Source of the DNA: Macrostomum lignano
Taxonomy: Eukaryota
Length of the DNA: 64,000 nt
Reading direction: 5' to 3'
Assembly: GCA_002269645.1 (NCBI GenBank)
Contig: NIVC01000984.1
Span: 310,001-374,000, forward strand
Shown here: positions 27,401 through 38,837 of the stretch, piece after piece
Numbering within the stretch: the first letter of the stretch is position 1
How the letters are laid out: each line of letters opens with the position of its first letter
Notes under the pieces: model-generated
Database searches by the model: none
Seen by the model: only the letters and a program-made list of their open reading frames with translations
Told to the model about the DNA's origin: nothing
Program-made: the position numbers and the translations under genes

Positions 27401-30400
27401 CCTCAATCATTACTGATATCCTCAATCATTACTGATATCCTCAATCATTACTGACATCCTCAATCATTACTGACACTATCAATCATTACTGACATCCTCA
27501 ATCATTACTGACATCCTCAATCATTACTGACACTATCAATCATTACTGACACTATCAATCATTACTGACACCCTCAATCGTTACTGACATCCTCAATCAT
27601 TACTGACATCCTCAATCCTTTTGCCTTTAACCCCCTGTAAGCCCGATGTAGCTCAATAAAAACTTGCGATAGTGTAGCAACTAACTAGTTTCAGAAAAAT
27701 TTTTTTATAGCAGAACACCATCAGCTGGTAATTAAATTGCTCCGTTGGGACTTCAGCTATCTTTAGCTGCTATCGGCCTCCAAAGCTGCTAACCCGTCCA
27801 GTCAAAGCTGTTTAGGTTAAAAGTGGGTCAGTACGAACCAACTAGGTTCTAGTTGGCTAGGGGCGCGAACCTGGTGCACCAATGTTGCAGACAGTCGCTA
27901 GGCTGTGCATTCCAGTGCAGCGCCCTATTTGACAATTTTAGTTCACTTGTACTCAATGTTTGCACCAATATTACCTGCTGCAGTAACTATGGGGATCACT
28001 ATGGGAATAACTATGGGCATAACTATGAGAATAACTATGGGATAATTATGGAATAACTATGGGAGAACTAAGGGAGAACTAATGGGGATAATTATGGGAT
28101 AACTATAGGGATAAATATGGGGATAACTATGGGATAAGAATGGAATGACTATGGGATAATTATGGGATAACATGGGGATAACTATGGGGACAACTATGGG
28201 GATAATTATGGAATTGACTGTGGAATAGCTATGGAATAACTATCGGATAACTATGGGATAACTATGGGGATCACTATGGGGATAACTATGGAATAACTAT
28301 GGAATAACTATGGGATAACCATGGGATCTCACACTGCGTTTGCATACCCTTGACTTTCTCTCTTCCCCTCTTTCTCCCCTTCAAACTTCAATTGAGTTGC
28401 ATCTTCTAATAGTTAATGATTCTAGAAATGAGCTTTATCACCAGAAGGAAGTAGCATTGACTGACTAGATGGATGATGCATTACAGATGAAGCTAAGACA
28501 GCCTCAGAAACCAATGCCAATTGATCCGGGCCTCAATTCTCCTCCCTGTGTGCGCCCAGAGTCAACAGAGGACACGCGCGCAGAGACGAGAATGAGAAAT
28601 AAGCTTAAGCGCTGCCAGCCTAACGCCAAAGGATAAGATTCAGAAGGATTAGCCGCGCGTAATTGAAGGCTAGCGATGGCGAGACTGGGAGCTGGGCAAT
28701 ATGACGGGGGTGAAGACTGCTAGAGCAAACACTGGCGTACATGCTCGTGTTTCTGCTTTACTATAACGTACTTTGCCGCGATAGCCTGGCATGCAAATTT
28801 TTTGAATCGTCTGGGCTGCAGACAGGGAGGGAGGGAGCGAGACTGCCTTCTGAAGTCACTCGTGCACTGCAGCGTGTGCACCATCATGGATCACTTTCAC
28901 CGTTCTCTCTCTCTCACTGTTTGTATCGCAGTTTTCTCACTAGCTGGCTACTCATGGCTTCACATGTACTTTATGCCTTTTATCACCACTCTGCAACCTC
29001 ACTAACCTAATATAATCTCAGTCCCATCTCTCTCATCTCAGTCCCCCCTCTCTCTCATCTCAGTCCCCCCTCTCTCTCATCTCAGTTTCCTCTCTCTCTC
29101 ATCTCACTCCACTCTCCCGCATCTCAGCCTCCCTCTCATCTCAGTCCCCCCTCTCTCTCATCTCAGTTTCCTCTCTCTCATCTCATTCCCCTCTCCCTCA
29201 TCTCAGTCCCCCTCTCATCTCAGCCCCCTCTCATCTCAGCCCCCCTCTCATCTCAGTCCCCTCTCTCTCATCTCAGTTTCCTCTCTCTTATCTCATTCCC
29301 CTCTCCCGCATCTCAGCCCCCCCTCTCATCTCAGTCCCCCTCTCTCTCATCTCAGTCCCTTCTCTCTCATCTCAGTCCCCTCTCCCGCATCTCAGCCCCC
29401 TCTCATCTCAGTCCCCCCTCTCTCTCATCTCAGTTTCCTCTCTCTCATCTCAGCCCCCCCTCTCATCTCAGTCCCCCTCTCTCTCATCTCAGTCCCTTCT
29501 CTCTCATCTCACTCCCCTCTCTCTCATCTCAGTCCCTCTCTCATCTCAGCCCCCCTCTCATCTCAGTCCCCCTCTCTCACATCTCAGTCCTCCCTCTCAT
29601 CTCACTCACCTCTCTCTCATCTCACTCCCCTCTCTCTCATCTCACTCACCTCTCTCTCATCTCACTCCCCTCTCTCTCATCTCACTCCCCTCTCTCTCAT
29701 CTCATTCCCCTCTCCCGCATCTCAGCCCCCCTCTCATCTCACTCCCCTCTCTCTCATCTCAGTCCCTCTCTCATCTCAGCCCCCTCTCATCTCAGTCCCC
29801 CTCTCTCACATCTCAGTCCTCCCTCTCATCTCACTCCCCTCTCCCTCATCTCAGTCCCCCTCTCATCTCACTCCTCTCCCTCTCATGTCAGTTTCCTCTC
29901 TCAATTCCCTCTCTCTCATGTCAGTTTTCTCTCTTAATTCCCTGTCTCTCATCTCACTCCTCTCTCTCCCTCTCTCATCTCACTCAACCTCCCCTCTCTT
30001 ATTATTCCCTAAAATCCGACCGGACTCGCTAAGCTGCATCAAGGGTATTTTCAGCCGACCTTAGTTCTTAGTTCTATTTACTACTTACTGAATGAAGTCA
30101 ACTTTTCCCAGACAACTATTGCAGTTCACATCGCAGAGAATGAGTGCTCTGCTGCTCTGCTCACATGGGTGCTATCGATAAATATTGCAGTTTGACTTCT
30201 TTGCCAATATGCTCGAGAGATGGAGAGGGAGAGCGAAAGAGCACGGAGGTGGTCATAAATTTTGGCCATCCAAGGGTTGATGCGGCATCCTGATGTTTGA
30301 TTAACTCGGCAAAACTTTTATACTTCACTGTTGCTAACTACTCTACTCTTGATAGTAGGCAATAGAGCTTTTGACTAATAGATTAAAATTCGATAATTAT

Positions 30401-33400
30401 TTATAACTGACTTGTCCTTTATGTCTTAGAATTAGGGGTGTTCGGGGTTCGGGGTCGGGTCGGGTTTCGGGTCGGATTCGGGGTTTTCGGGTTTTTAATA
30501 TTTTTACGAGTTGAAACGAAATTAAGCGTAAACCGAGTATTTCCAGGTTTTTTTCGCGTATATTTAATTTTTTAATCGCTATAAATATCATTCTAGTATG
30601 CTACCTTACCCCGAACCCCTGGTTCAGGGTTCGGGGTTAGAGCTTCGAACAAAATGGAAACCCGAACACCCCTACATAGAATTTTTGATGGCTATAGCAG
30701 AAACTATTATTGAAATTCTATTAAAAATTTTCTACAAACAAAAACTTTCTTCGATTATTCCGTCTACTTTTAGTAGTCTCTGAATCTGAATCTCAGGATT
30801 TTTAGTTAGTTACTGTAAAGGCAGTTTAATCTGGCATTTACAGTAGATTAAAACAAAACCAATATTGTCGCGATGTACTCATGCATGTTCATATAATAGT
30901 AAAAATCATCATAGTAAAGTAGACTGCTTGAACAGTTATCTGAGCACATTTTGCCAGGTAAATTCGCTCACCCGTAGCCCAGCTGGCAGTTCACGTTAAT
31001 CTTCCTGTGCCTAGACGAGCCCAGCAGGGAGCCTGTGGGTGATGAGCACAGAGGAGGCCTGAGTTGCAATCAGGTATTGATCTGGCTTGCTCACGAGTGA
31101 GTAAGCATGTTGCTCATAAACATTAATATCAACCAGGATTAACCCGGAGGACTTAAAGGATTAAGATCGATGACGGCTGCTGAGCATACGACCCGTCCCT
31201 CCGATTGTTGATTACGTCATCCCATGCAGCCACTAGGAAGGCAGCTCGAAGTCGGTTCTCTCGCGCTCATTAGAGAGGACAAAAGCGAGTTACTAAGGCA
31301 TGCCAGTCACGAAAAGACAGGCAGAGAAAGAGAGAGAGAGAAAGATAGAGAGGGTGCAGTACACTCCTTCCCACTGAGATGTCTGTCGGAATGGCAAAAA
31401 ACAGATCCGAGGTCGCATGACCTTTGATTGCATAATCCTGGCCTTGTTGCGGTTCAAACCTTTTTGTCCCTGATGGCCTGTGTCTTTTGCCCCCCTTTGA
31501 TTGCAGGGAAGGCTAGCATGCATGCAGGCAGTTGGAATGGGCGACAGCTGAAAACCGCCTGCTTCCCTCAATGTCAATGCCGATGGCTATTCGGGCGGCG
31601 CTTCTGCTATCTGACACTCTTGCTGACATTCTTGCTGACACTTTTATCCTAGTCTGACACTCGCGCTGACACTTTAACATCTAGGTCTGACACACTTGCT
31701 GGTCCTTGATAATCGAGGTGCTAACATTATCTAGCTGACACTTCAACATACAGGTCTGACACTATCTAGCTGACACTTCAATATCCAGGTCTGACACTAT
31801 CTAGCTGACACTTCAACATCCAGGTCTGACACTATCTAGCTGACACTTCAACATCCAGGTCTGACACTATCTAGCTGACACTTCAACATCCAGGACTGAC
31901 ACTATCTAGCTGACACTTTAACATCTAGGTCTGACACACTTGCTGGTCCTTGATAATCGAGGTGCTAACATTATCTAGCTGACACTTCAACATACAGGTC
32001 TGACACTATCTAGCTGACACTTCAATATCCAGGTCTGACACTATCTAGCTGACACTTCAACATCCAGGTCTGACACTATCTAGCTGACACTTCAACATCC
32101 AGGTCTGACACTATCTAGCTGACACTTCAACATCCAGGACTGACACTATCTAGCTGACACTTCAACATTCAGGTCTGACACTATCTAGCTGACACTTCAA
32201 CATCCAGGTCTGACACTATCTAGCTGACCACTTTACGTGACACGAAAAAGACATGGGAACTTATCTACCGATTGGCATGCTTCATCATGCAGACTAATTT
32301 TCCGCAACGAATCAAAAGTGCACTGAAAGCGATTACAGACCATTATGGATGCATAGGGAGGGACTTGTCAGTTAGTGGGCTTCCATCTCGCTGATTTATT
32401 CCTATTATTAACCCAGCCTCTCGCCGTTAGCAGTGCATTAGCACTGGTTACAAACACCAATCCCCCATCCCAAGTGCTTTAGTTAGTTGGGGACCATAGG
32501 CTTCCAAGTTTCTGGAAACCTCTCTCCCCTTCTCTCTGATGTAAACAATGAACTGCTAATATTCCGGGGGGGGAGGCTCAGGCACCGGCTGCTAGATCAA
32601 GGACTCTTGTGCCCGTGAGCAGCCAAGAGTATGCAGGGCTGGCTGGTGTTTTACTGGCTGGATCATCCAATGGATTTTTTGGGTGGGGGGGGGGAGCGGC
32701 GGTTCATTTTTTTTGGCGAGCGATCAATCAGAGCAGCAGTCGGCTGAGGCGAGACTTGGGAGCCACAACTTGAAGAGATTGGAAGTTTTAGTTCACCCGG
32801 TATTAATTTGCTCCAGATTTTGTGTCCAGCTTTGAAGCAGTCAAGGCATGGGAGGTGTTTAGCATACAAATGCACTCTTGCATTCCTTTTTAAATATGTG
32901 GTTTTTAATCTATGATTTATGAAAGTTCTGAAGCTGATGGGTGTGACAGTTCTGAAGCTGATGGGTGTGACAGTTCTGAAGCTGATGGATGTGACAGTTC
33001 TGAATCTGATGGGTGTGACAGTTCTGAAGCTGATAGGTGTGACAGTTCTGAAGCTGGTGGGTGTGACAGTTCTGAAGCTGATGGATGTGACAGTTCTGAA
33101 TCTGATGGATGTGACAGTTCTGAAGCTGATGGATGTGACAGTTCTGAAGCTGATGGGTGTGACAGTTCTGAATCTGATGGATGTGACAGTTCTGAAGCTG
33201 ATGGGTGTGACAGTTCTGAAGCTGATGGGTGTGACAGTTCTGAAGCTGATGGGTGTGACAGTTTTGAAGCTGATGGATGTGACAGTTCTGAATCTGATGG
33301 GTGTGACAGTTCTGAAGCTGATGGTGACAGTTCTGAAGCTGATGGATGTGACAGTTCTGAAGCTGCTGAGTGCCTAGCTGTTTCTAAAGGTGGCATTCTA

Positions 33401-34912
33401 TGAGCATAAATTACATTTCTAAAGCCTCAATACAAATTTTGAGTTGCCATGCAAAAGAGTATATGCGCAAATTAAGTCCAATTCGCTCCACAAGTCACGA
33501 TGTAGCCGCATGAAGGTTCTCCCAAGCAGATACAGAGTTATGTAATTACCGAAAGGGGATTGAGTTATTGATATATTCAGATTTCTGTAGAAGTGTAGAA
33601 GTGCTTTTGTAGAAGTCCTATTTTGGAAGTGCAAGGAGAACGAGGGCATGAATGATTCAGCAGGAGAGAGAGAAAGTTAGCAAACAAGACCACCTTTCAG
33701 GTAAAGAGTTCCTGACCGACCCAATCTAAACGCGCCATTTCTTCGATCTTTTCTCCTGTCTGCCAGACTGAAAGCAAGCCATCCAAACACACGCAGGAGG
33801 TGAAACGGAGTGAGAAGAAGAGAAGGTGCAAGAAGGCGCCTTTGTCGCCTCGTGTGACAAGTGCAAAGTAGTTCAGCGGAGAGTTGCTATGGCTTGTGCA
33901 GGACGAGAGAGGGGGGGGGGGAGAAAATATTCGTGAGACACTCGCCAGTTGCTGCTGCTACTTCGATGAAAAATACAAGCGCTGCATTGGCGGAGCCAGC
34001 TTTCAGAGTAACTACGGAGCACGCTGATAAGCGCAGTGACTTGGAACTGTCTGTTTATCTGGTTGGTTTAGCTTGTCAAATACTTTATTGACAACTGACA
34101 CGAGGCTTATTAATCCCGGCTTCAATGCATTTCGACAGGAGAGCTGTATTATACGAGTATATCGAACTTGACGAAATGGAACGGCAGACCCACAGACATT
34201 GTAAAGAGAGCGGGGGCATAAACCTATAGACCCACAAACCTATAGACATTGTAAAGAGAGCGGGGGCAGACCCACAAACCTATAGACATTGTAAAGAGAG
34301 CGGGGGCAGACCCACAAACCTATAGACATTGTAAAGAGAGCGGGGCAGAATCACAAACCTATAGACATTGTAAAGAGAGCGGGGGCAGACTCACAAACCT
34401 ATAGACATTGTAAAGAGAGCGGGGGCAGACTCACAAACCTATAGACATTGTAAAGAGAGCGGGGGCAGACTCACAAACCTATAGACATTGTAAAGAGAGC
34501 GGGGGCAAACCCACAAACCTATAGACATTGTAAAGAGAGCGGGGGCAGACCCACAAACCTATAGACATTGTAGCATGGGAGGCAACTCACGCTTCTGCGT
34601 CTGCCTGCAGAGCAGACTCAGCACGGCGCTCGTATCGTTCTGCCTGACTGCAGCAGAGAAGCAATCCTCCAGCGTCATCGTATTAGAGGCCGTCTTCGAC
34701 GTCGCCGACAGAGAAGAATTTGACGCCGACGAGGACAGCATGCGGCTGATGCCGGACAGCGAGATGCCTCGACGAAGTCCCGTCGCAGGCTGATCAACTG
34801 TCGCCGTAGCTGACGAAACCGTCGTCGTTGAAGAAGCCGACGCTGTCATGGAGCAGCCGACGAGGCCGCGGTCTGACGAAACGGAACGCCGGAGGCGCAG
34901 TCGGAGCGGCAT
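978..34912 (-). CDS. CASKIN: Caskin-family scaffold (ankyrin repeats + SH3 + tandem SAM); 3' end incomplete, probably continues beyond position 1
   Basis: Ten GT-AG exons with mutually consistent phases: 34912(or 34849)-34591, 31032-30972, 23802-23705, 23180-23035, 18751-18656, 18577-18447, 17498-17387, 7167-7065, 3743-3493, 1641-978. Spliced product includes LEDCFSAAVRQNDTSAVLSLL / SLLGSSRHRKINVNCQLGYG / MTALHQAAFNGN / LRPLHVASYQGH / TAFDVACEFGR / CLHLAAKNGHVDVLR / GTCLHLAAIHGQ. SH3: AIRDYCDLADSSSIAFRLGERLTVLE..WKGYV..RAGYFP. SAM1: [30 protein letters not shown]. SAM2: MAWEDLEDVGVTKLG. Domain order and motifs match CASKIN1/2 and fly ckn. Confidence 0.92.
2875..3435. repeat. 21-bp minisatellite GATACACCTGATAGAACCGAC
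   Basis: Direct periodicity. Confidence 0.95.
4120..4320. repeat. Short degenerate array of the CATTCCCAATGAGCC..GATCCACTGACA satellite
   Basis: About 6 units, same family as 10612-16008. Confidence 0.85.
5020..7005. repeat. 21-23-bp minisatellite GCAATCAGCACATGGACACACAC
   Basis: Direct periodicity, with internal higher-order blocks. Confidence 0.95.
7620..8457. repeat. 44-bp minisatellite CCACATTCTCAGACACGATAAGGCTGRCTGTAGCTTTGCAAATC, about 19 copies
   Basis: Homogeneous, with one A/G variant site. Confidence 0.97.
8940..9870. repeat. 42-bp purine-rich minisatellite GAAGGGTGGGGAGAGAGGGGAGGCAAATCAGAGAAGGGGAAT
   Basis: Direct periodicity. Confidence 0.95.
10612..11851. repeat. 30/31-bp satellite CATTCCCAATGAGCCTTCTGATCCACTGRCA (copy 1)
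   Basis: Direct periodicity. Confidence 0.97.
12793..14771. repeat. 30/31-bp satellite (copy 2)
   Basis: Direct periodicity. Confidence 0.97.
15702..16008. repeat. 30/31-bp satellite (copy 3)
   Basis: Direct periodicity. Confidence 0.97.
16690..17180. repeat. 21-bp minisatellite GAATTCATAGAGGGATTCTTA
   Basis: Direct periodicity. Its first units are included in the triplicated tail. Confidence 0.92.
17745..18392. repeat. 22-bp minisatellite CTCAGAATCTCAGCAACCCTCT
   Basis: Direct periodicity. Confidence 0.95.
19250..20285. repeat. 24-bp pyrimidine-rich minisatellite CTCTCCCTCACACTCTTCCTCTCA
   Basis: Direct periodicity. Confidence 0.93.
21158..21620. repeat. 23-bp minisatellite TGCTTAGATTGTGAGTGGGAGGG, about 20 copies
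   Basis: Homogeneous array. Confidence 0.97.
22140..23005. repeat. 15-bp minisatellite GGCAGATTGGAGAGG
   Basis: Direct periodicity. Confidence 0.95.
23230..23652. repeat. About 24-bp minisatellite AATAGAATCCCTTCAAAACACCCT
   Basis: Fills a 524-nt intron. Confidence 0.92.
23880..24040. repeat. 21-bp minisatellite AATGGCATCTCGATTCTCAMA
   Basis: About 7 units. Confidence 0.9.
24265..24475. repeat. (CTAA)n microsatellite with CTGA variants
   Basis: About 52 units. Confidence 0.97.
25180..26308. repeat. Compound minisatellite CTATATTGGCTAGTCTAGCAACCAA(CT)nTCGAC
   Basis: Constant core with a variable (CT)n tract in each unit. Confidence 0.95.
26318..26421 (-). other. Candidate alternative first coding exon of Caskin (MAESGKSSPRDCTCTCSLKCSKATALGRAVDSRT-E)
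   Basis: ATG at 26421 with an upstream in-frame stop, 104 nt open, and a consensus GTGAGT donor at 26317 in phase 2, matching the phase needed by exon 23802. Confidence 0.4.
27030..27618. repeat. 19-bp minisatellite TCAATCATTACTGACATCC
   Basis: Direct periodicity. Confidence 0.95.
27985..28325. repeat. Degenerate 11-13-bp repeat ATAACTATGGG
   Basis: Direct periodicity. Confidence 0.85.
29020..29995. repeat. CT-rich degenerate minisatellite CTCATCTCAGTCCCCCTCT
   Basis: Direct periodicity. Confidence 0.9.
30433..30674. mobile_element. hAT-type MITE, 242 bp
   Basis: Perfect 14-bp TIRs TAGGGGTGTTCGGG / CCCGAACACCCCTA. 8-bp TSD CTTAGAAT / CATAGAAT (7 of 8). Subterminal TCGGG repeats. Confidence 0.85.
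31610..32228. repeat. 35-bp minisatellite CTATCTAGCTGACACTTCAACATCCAGGTCTGACA with a 244-bp higher-order duplication
   Basis: The unique spacer CACTTGCTGGTCCTTGATAATCGAGG recurs at a 244-bp offset (31681 and 31925). Confidence 0.9.
32925..33365. repeat. 24-bp minisatellite GACAGTTCTGAAGCTGATGGGTGT
   Basis: Direct periodicity. Confidence 0.95.
34185..34572. repeat. 40-bp minisatellite ACAAACCTATAGACATTGTAAAGAGAGCGGGGGCAGACCC
   Basis: Begins about 18 nt after the Caskin exon 1 donor. Confidence 0.95.
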
Positions 34913-35299
34913 CTTGTCACCGACTCGCTCGATTCATGACCACATGCAGACCTAATTATTGTGTGGCGCACGGGCCTGGGTTTGTTCTGCTTCTCGGGCC
35001 CTCATTGGCTGGTGCCTGTTCACAGCTCGCATTTTCCAATTCAATTCTGTGCCAGCGCTGAAAGTCGCGCGCGTGTGGCGATTTTTTCTAATGAAAAACT
35101 GACCAGTTAACTTAGGTATTGAGAGGGTAATTTGCGGCAAGTACTTCATCCTGCGAGAGCCATAGCTTACCAAATGGGTTCAATACAAAGGGAGAGTCGG
35201 CGTTGCCTAAATCTGTGTCAGAGTTGCCTAAATCTGTCGGAGTTGCCTAAACCTGCGTCAAGGTTAATTTGATCTGTGTCAGGGTTACGTAAATATGTG

Positions 35300-36835
35300 T
35301 CAGGGTGTACCAAAGCAAGTGTGTCAGGCTGAGAAAGCGAGCGTGTTAGGGTGAGAAAGCGAGTGTGTCAGGGTGGCAAAGCGAGTGAGTCAGGGTGGCA
35401 AAGCGAGTGTGTCAGGGTGAGAAAGCGAGTGAGTCAGGGTGAGAAAGCGAGTGTGTCAGGGTGCACCAAAGCGAGTGTGTCAGGGTGCACCAAAGCGAGT
35501 GTGTCAGGGTGCACCAAAGCGAGTGTGTCAGGGTGCACCAAAGCGAGTGTGTCAGGGTGCACCAAAGCGAGTGTGTCAGGGTGTACCAAAACGAGTGTGT
35601 CAGGGTGCACCAAAGCGAGTGTGTCAGGGTGGCAAAGCGAGTGTGTCAGGGTGCACCAAAGCGAGTGTGTCAGGGTGCACCAAAGCGAGTGTGTCAGGGT
35701 GGCAAAGCGAGTGAGTCAGGGTGCACCAAAGCGAGTGTGTCAGGGTGGCAAAGCGAGTGAGTCAGGGTGAGAAAGCGAGTGTGTCAGGGTGAGAAAGCGA
35801 GTGAGTCAGGGTGAGAAAGCGAGTGAGTCAGGGTGAGAAAGCGAGTGTGTCAGGGTGCACCAAAGCGAGTGTGTCAGGGTGTACCAAAGCGAGTGTGTCA
35901 GGGTGCACCAAAGCGAGTGTGTCAGGGTGGCAAAGCGAGTGTGTCAGGGTGCACCAAAGCGAGTGTGTCAGGGTGTACCAAAACGAGTGTGTCAGGGTGC
36001 ACCAAAGCGAGTGTGTCAGGGTGCACCAAAGCGAGTGTGTCAGGGTGCACCAAAGCGAGTGTGTCAGGGTGGCAAAGCGAGTGAGTCAGGGTGAGAAAGC
36101 GAGTGTGTCAGGGTGGCAAAGCGAGTGAGTCAGGGTGAGAAAGCGAGTGAGTCAGGGTGAGAAAGCGAGTGTGTCAGGGTGGCAAAGCGAGTGTGTCAGG
36201 GTGAGAAAGCGAGTGTGTCAGGGTGCACCAAAGCGAGTGTGTCAGGGTGTACCAAAACGAGTGTGTCAGGGTGCACCAAAGCGAGTGTGTCAGGGTGTAC
36301 CAAAACGAGTGTGTCAGGGTGCACCAAAGCGAGTGTGTCAGGGTGCACCAAAGCGAGTGTGTCAGGGTGCACCAAAGCGAGTGTGTCAGGGTGGCAAAGC
36401 GAGTGAGTCAGGGTGAGAAAGCGAGTGTGTCAGGGTGGCAAAGCGAGTGAGTCTGGGTGAGAAAGCGAGTGTGTCAGGGTGTACCAAAACGAGTGTGTCA
36501 GGGTGCACCAAAGCGAGTGTGTCAGGGTGCACCAAAGCGAGTGTGTCAGGGTGCACCAAAGCGAGTGTGTCAGGGTGCACCAAAGCGAGTGTGTCAGGGT
36601 GGCAAAGCGAGTGAGTCAGGGTGAGAAAGCGAGTGTGTCAGGGTGGCAAAGCGAGTGAGTCAGGGTGAGAAAGCGAGTGTGTCAGGGTGCACCAAAGCGA
36701 GTGTGTCAGGGTGCACCAAAGCGAGTGTGTCAGGGTGCACCAAAGCGAGTGTGTCAGGGTGCACCAAAGCGAGTGTGTCAGGGTGCACCAAAGCGAGTGT
36801 GTCAGGGTGCACCAAAGCGAGTGTGTCAGGGTGAC
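35300..36835. repeat. 22/24-bp minisatellite GTGTCAGGGTGCACCAAAGCGAGT
   Basis: Intergenic, direct periodicity. Confidence 0.96.
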
Positions 36836-37699
36836 AAAAATGAGTTTCCAGTGAGCCCCTGTCTCTGGCTGCAAGGCTGCCAAATATACAACGAAATATC
36901 CACACCTCATTATCATAATGAAAACCACTCCCTGCATAATGCTGCCCAGCTTAGTTAAAAGTGCACCAAGTACGTTTTTATGCAACCTACCCGTCTGCAT
37001 GATCTCCTTTCAGCACAAAAGTCGCGCTCGCACATTTAGAATTGTTTTCATAATTTACAAGCCAAGCCAGCCTGATAAGAAGGGCTTTCAGTCAAATAGA
37101 AAAAAGTTTCATGGCTGTGTAAAACTCGCGCAAAACACTAGCAGAGATGAGAGCGGAGAGAGGAAACAGAATGTCTTTAGACTTTGGACAGGATAAACTG
37201 CAATCTCTGGCTCAAAAAACAGAAAAAGCAGAGTCGAAAGCAGGAAAGATAAAAGAAGTGCTTTAGCGCCAAAGTTGACTGAACACAAAATGCATGCCTT
37301 TTTGAGTACAGAAGAAAGCAGTGTTTTTCTCACCGCAGCAACCTGGCCTCTTTCGGTCAGCGAGCAAGGCATGCGGGGAGATATTAGGCAAACGTCATTT
37401 GCTAGCGAGTTTGCTGTGAGGATTGCCTGCCGGCACATTTTGCGCGTGCTTTTTTTCTATAATTGAAAACTGCTTTTAGCGGGATTCAGGCTTGTACTGG
37501 CGCGGCTCTTGTTATATTACTAAAAGTACATGCATACATGGGCACCGATTGATTGGCATACTTATTTTCAACTATTTGGCTGGTGGAGGGCCATTGTATC
37601 GTTTTGGATTCAATGGCGCCGAGCTGAAGTGAGTAGTATATGCTGCACACGTAGATGTCTATAAAAAACTGAATAGGAGCGGAACGGGTGAAGACGAAC

Positions 37700-38302
37700 A
37701 AGAGAAAGACGGAGACAGGCAAGAGAAAGACGGAGACAGACAAGAGAAAGACGGAGACAGACAAGAGAAAGACGGAGACAGACGAGAGAAAGACGGAGAC
37801 AGACGAGAGAAAGACGGAGACAGACGAGAGAAAGACGGAGACAGACAAGAGAAAGACGGAGACAGACGAGAGAAAGACGGAGACAGACGAGAGAAAGACG
37901 GAGACAGACGAGAGAAAGACGGAGACAGACGAGAGAAAGACGGAGACAGGCGAAAGACGGAGACAGGCAAGAGAAAGACGGAGACAGACGAGAGAAAGAC
38001 GGAGACAGACGAGAGAAAGACGGAGACAGACGAGAGAAAGACGGAGACAGACGAGAGAAAGACGGAGACAGGCGAAAGACGGAGACAGACAAGAGAAAGA
38101 CGGAGACAGACGAGAGAAAGACGGAGACAGACGAGAGAAAGACGGAGACAGACGAGAGAAAGACGGAGACAGACGAGAGAAAGACGGAGACAGACGAGAG
38201 AAAGACGGAGACAGGCGAAAGACGGAGACAGACAACAGAAAGACGGAGACAGGCGAAAGACGGAGACAGACAACAGAAAGACGGAGACAGACGAGAGAAA
38301 GA
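37700..38302. repeat. 21-bp minisatellite GAGAAAGACGGAGACAGACGA
   Basis: Intergenic, direct periodicity. Confidence 0.95.
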
Positions 38303-38837
38303 TGAAGATACACGGGAAAAAGATCGAGTCAAAGGTGACTTTTATGGTGTACTAAAAGTCACATAACGTGCAAAATAGTACACCATATATTGGTGCAATT
38401 TCTGGATACGCATGTTTAAACAAAAGCAAACTGACTGTACATGTATTATATTTTATGCTAGCTGAAAAAGGGAAGAGAGCATATATAATTGGGAACTATA
38501 ACAAACAATGGATACAATAGGTCACGGTTTCATAAGTATGATGAACTAAACGAGAAATTTATGTACAGATGTGGTCAAAACTGGCTACATAACTCGTAGT
38601 TCAAAAATGTCATGAAAATTTGCAAAACAGATGTAAAAAGGAGTTCTAAACAAAGCGGGGGCTGCCATGATTATAGCATAGATTTTTTTGTATGGTAGAT
38701 TAGCATAGATAAAAATTATAAATTTACTTAAACAATGTGTAAATAGAAACAGATTGAATAGTATTTAAAAAAGGAGGTCCCATAGATTTCGATGACGTCA
38801 GTAGTCAGTAGTCATCAGCTGACTGGCTAGGCAGGAG

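Noticed and set aside
27627-27820. TTAA-flanked segment suggesting a piggyBac-type MITE
   Set aside because: The ends (CCCCCTGTAAGC versus CCTAAACAGC) are too dissimilar to call TIRs.
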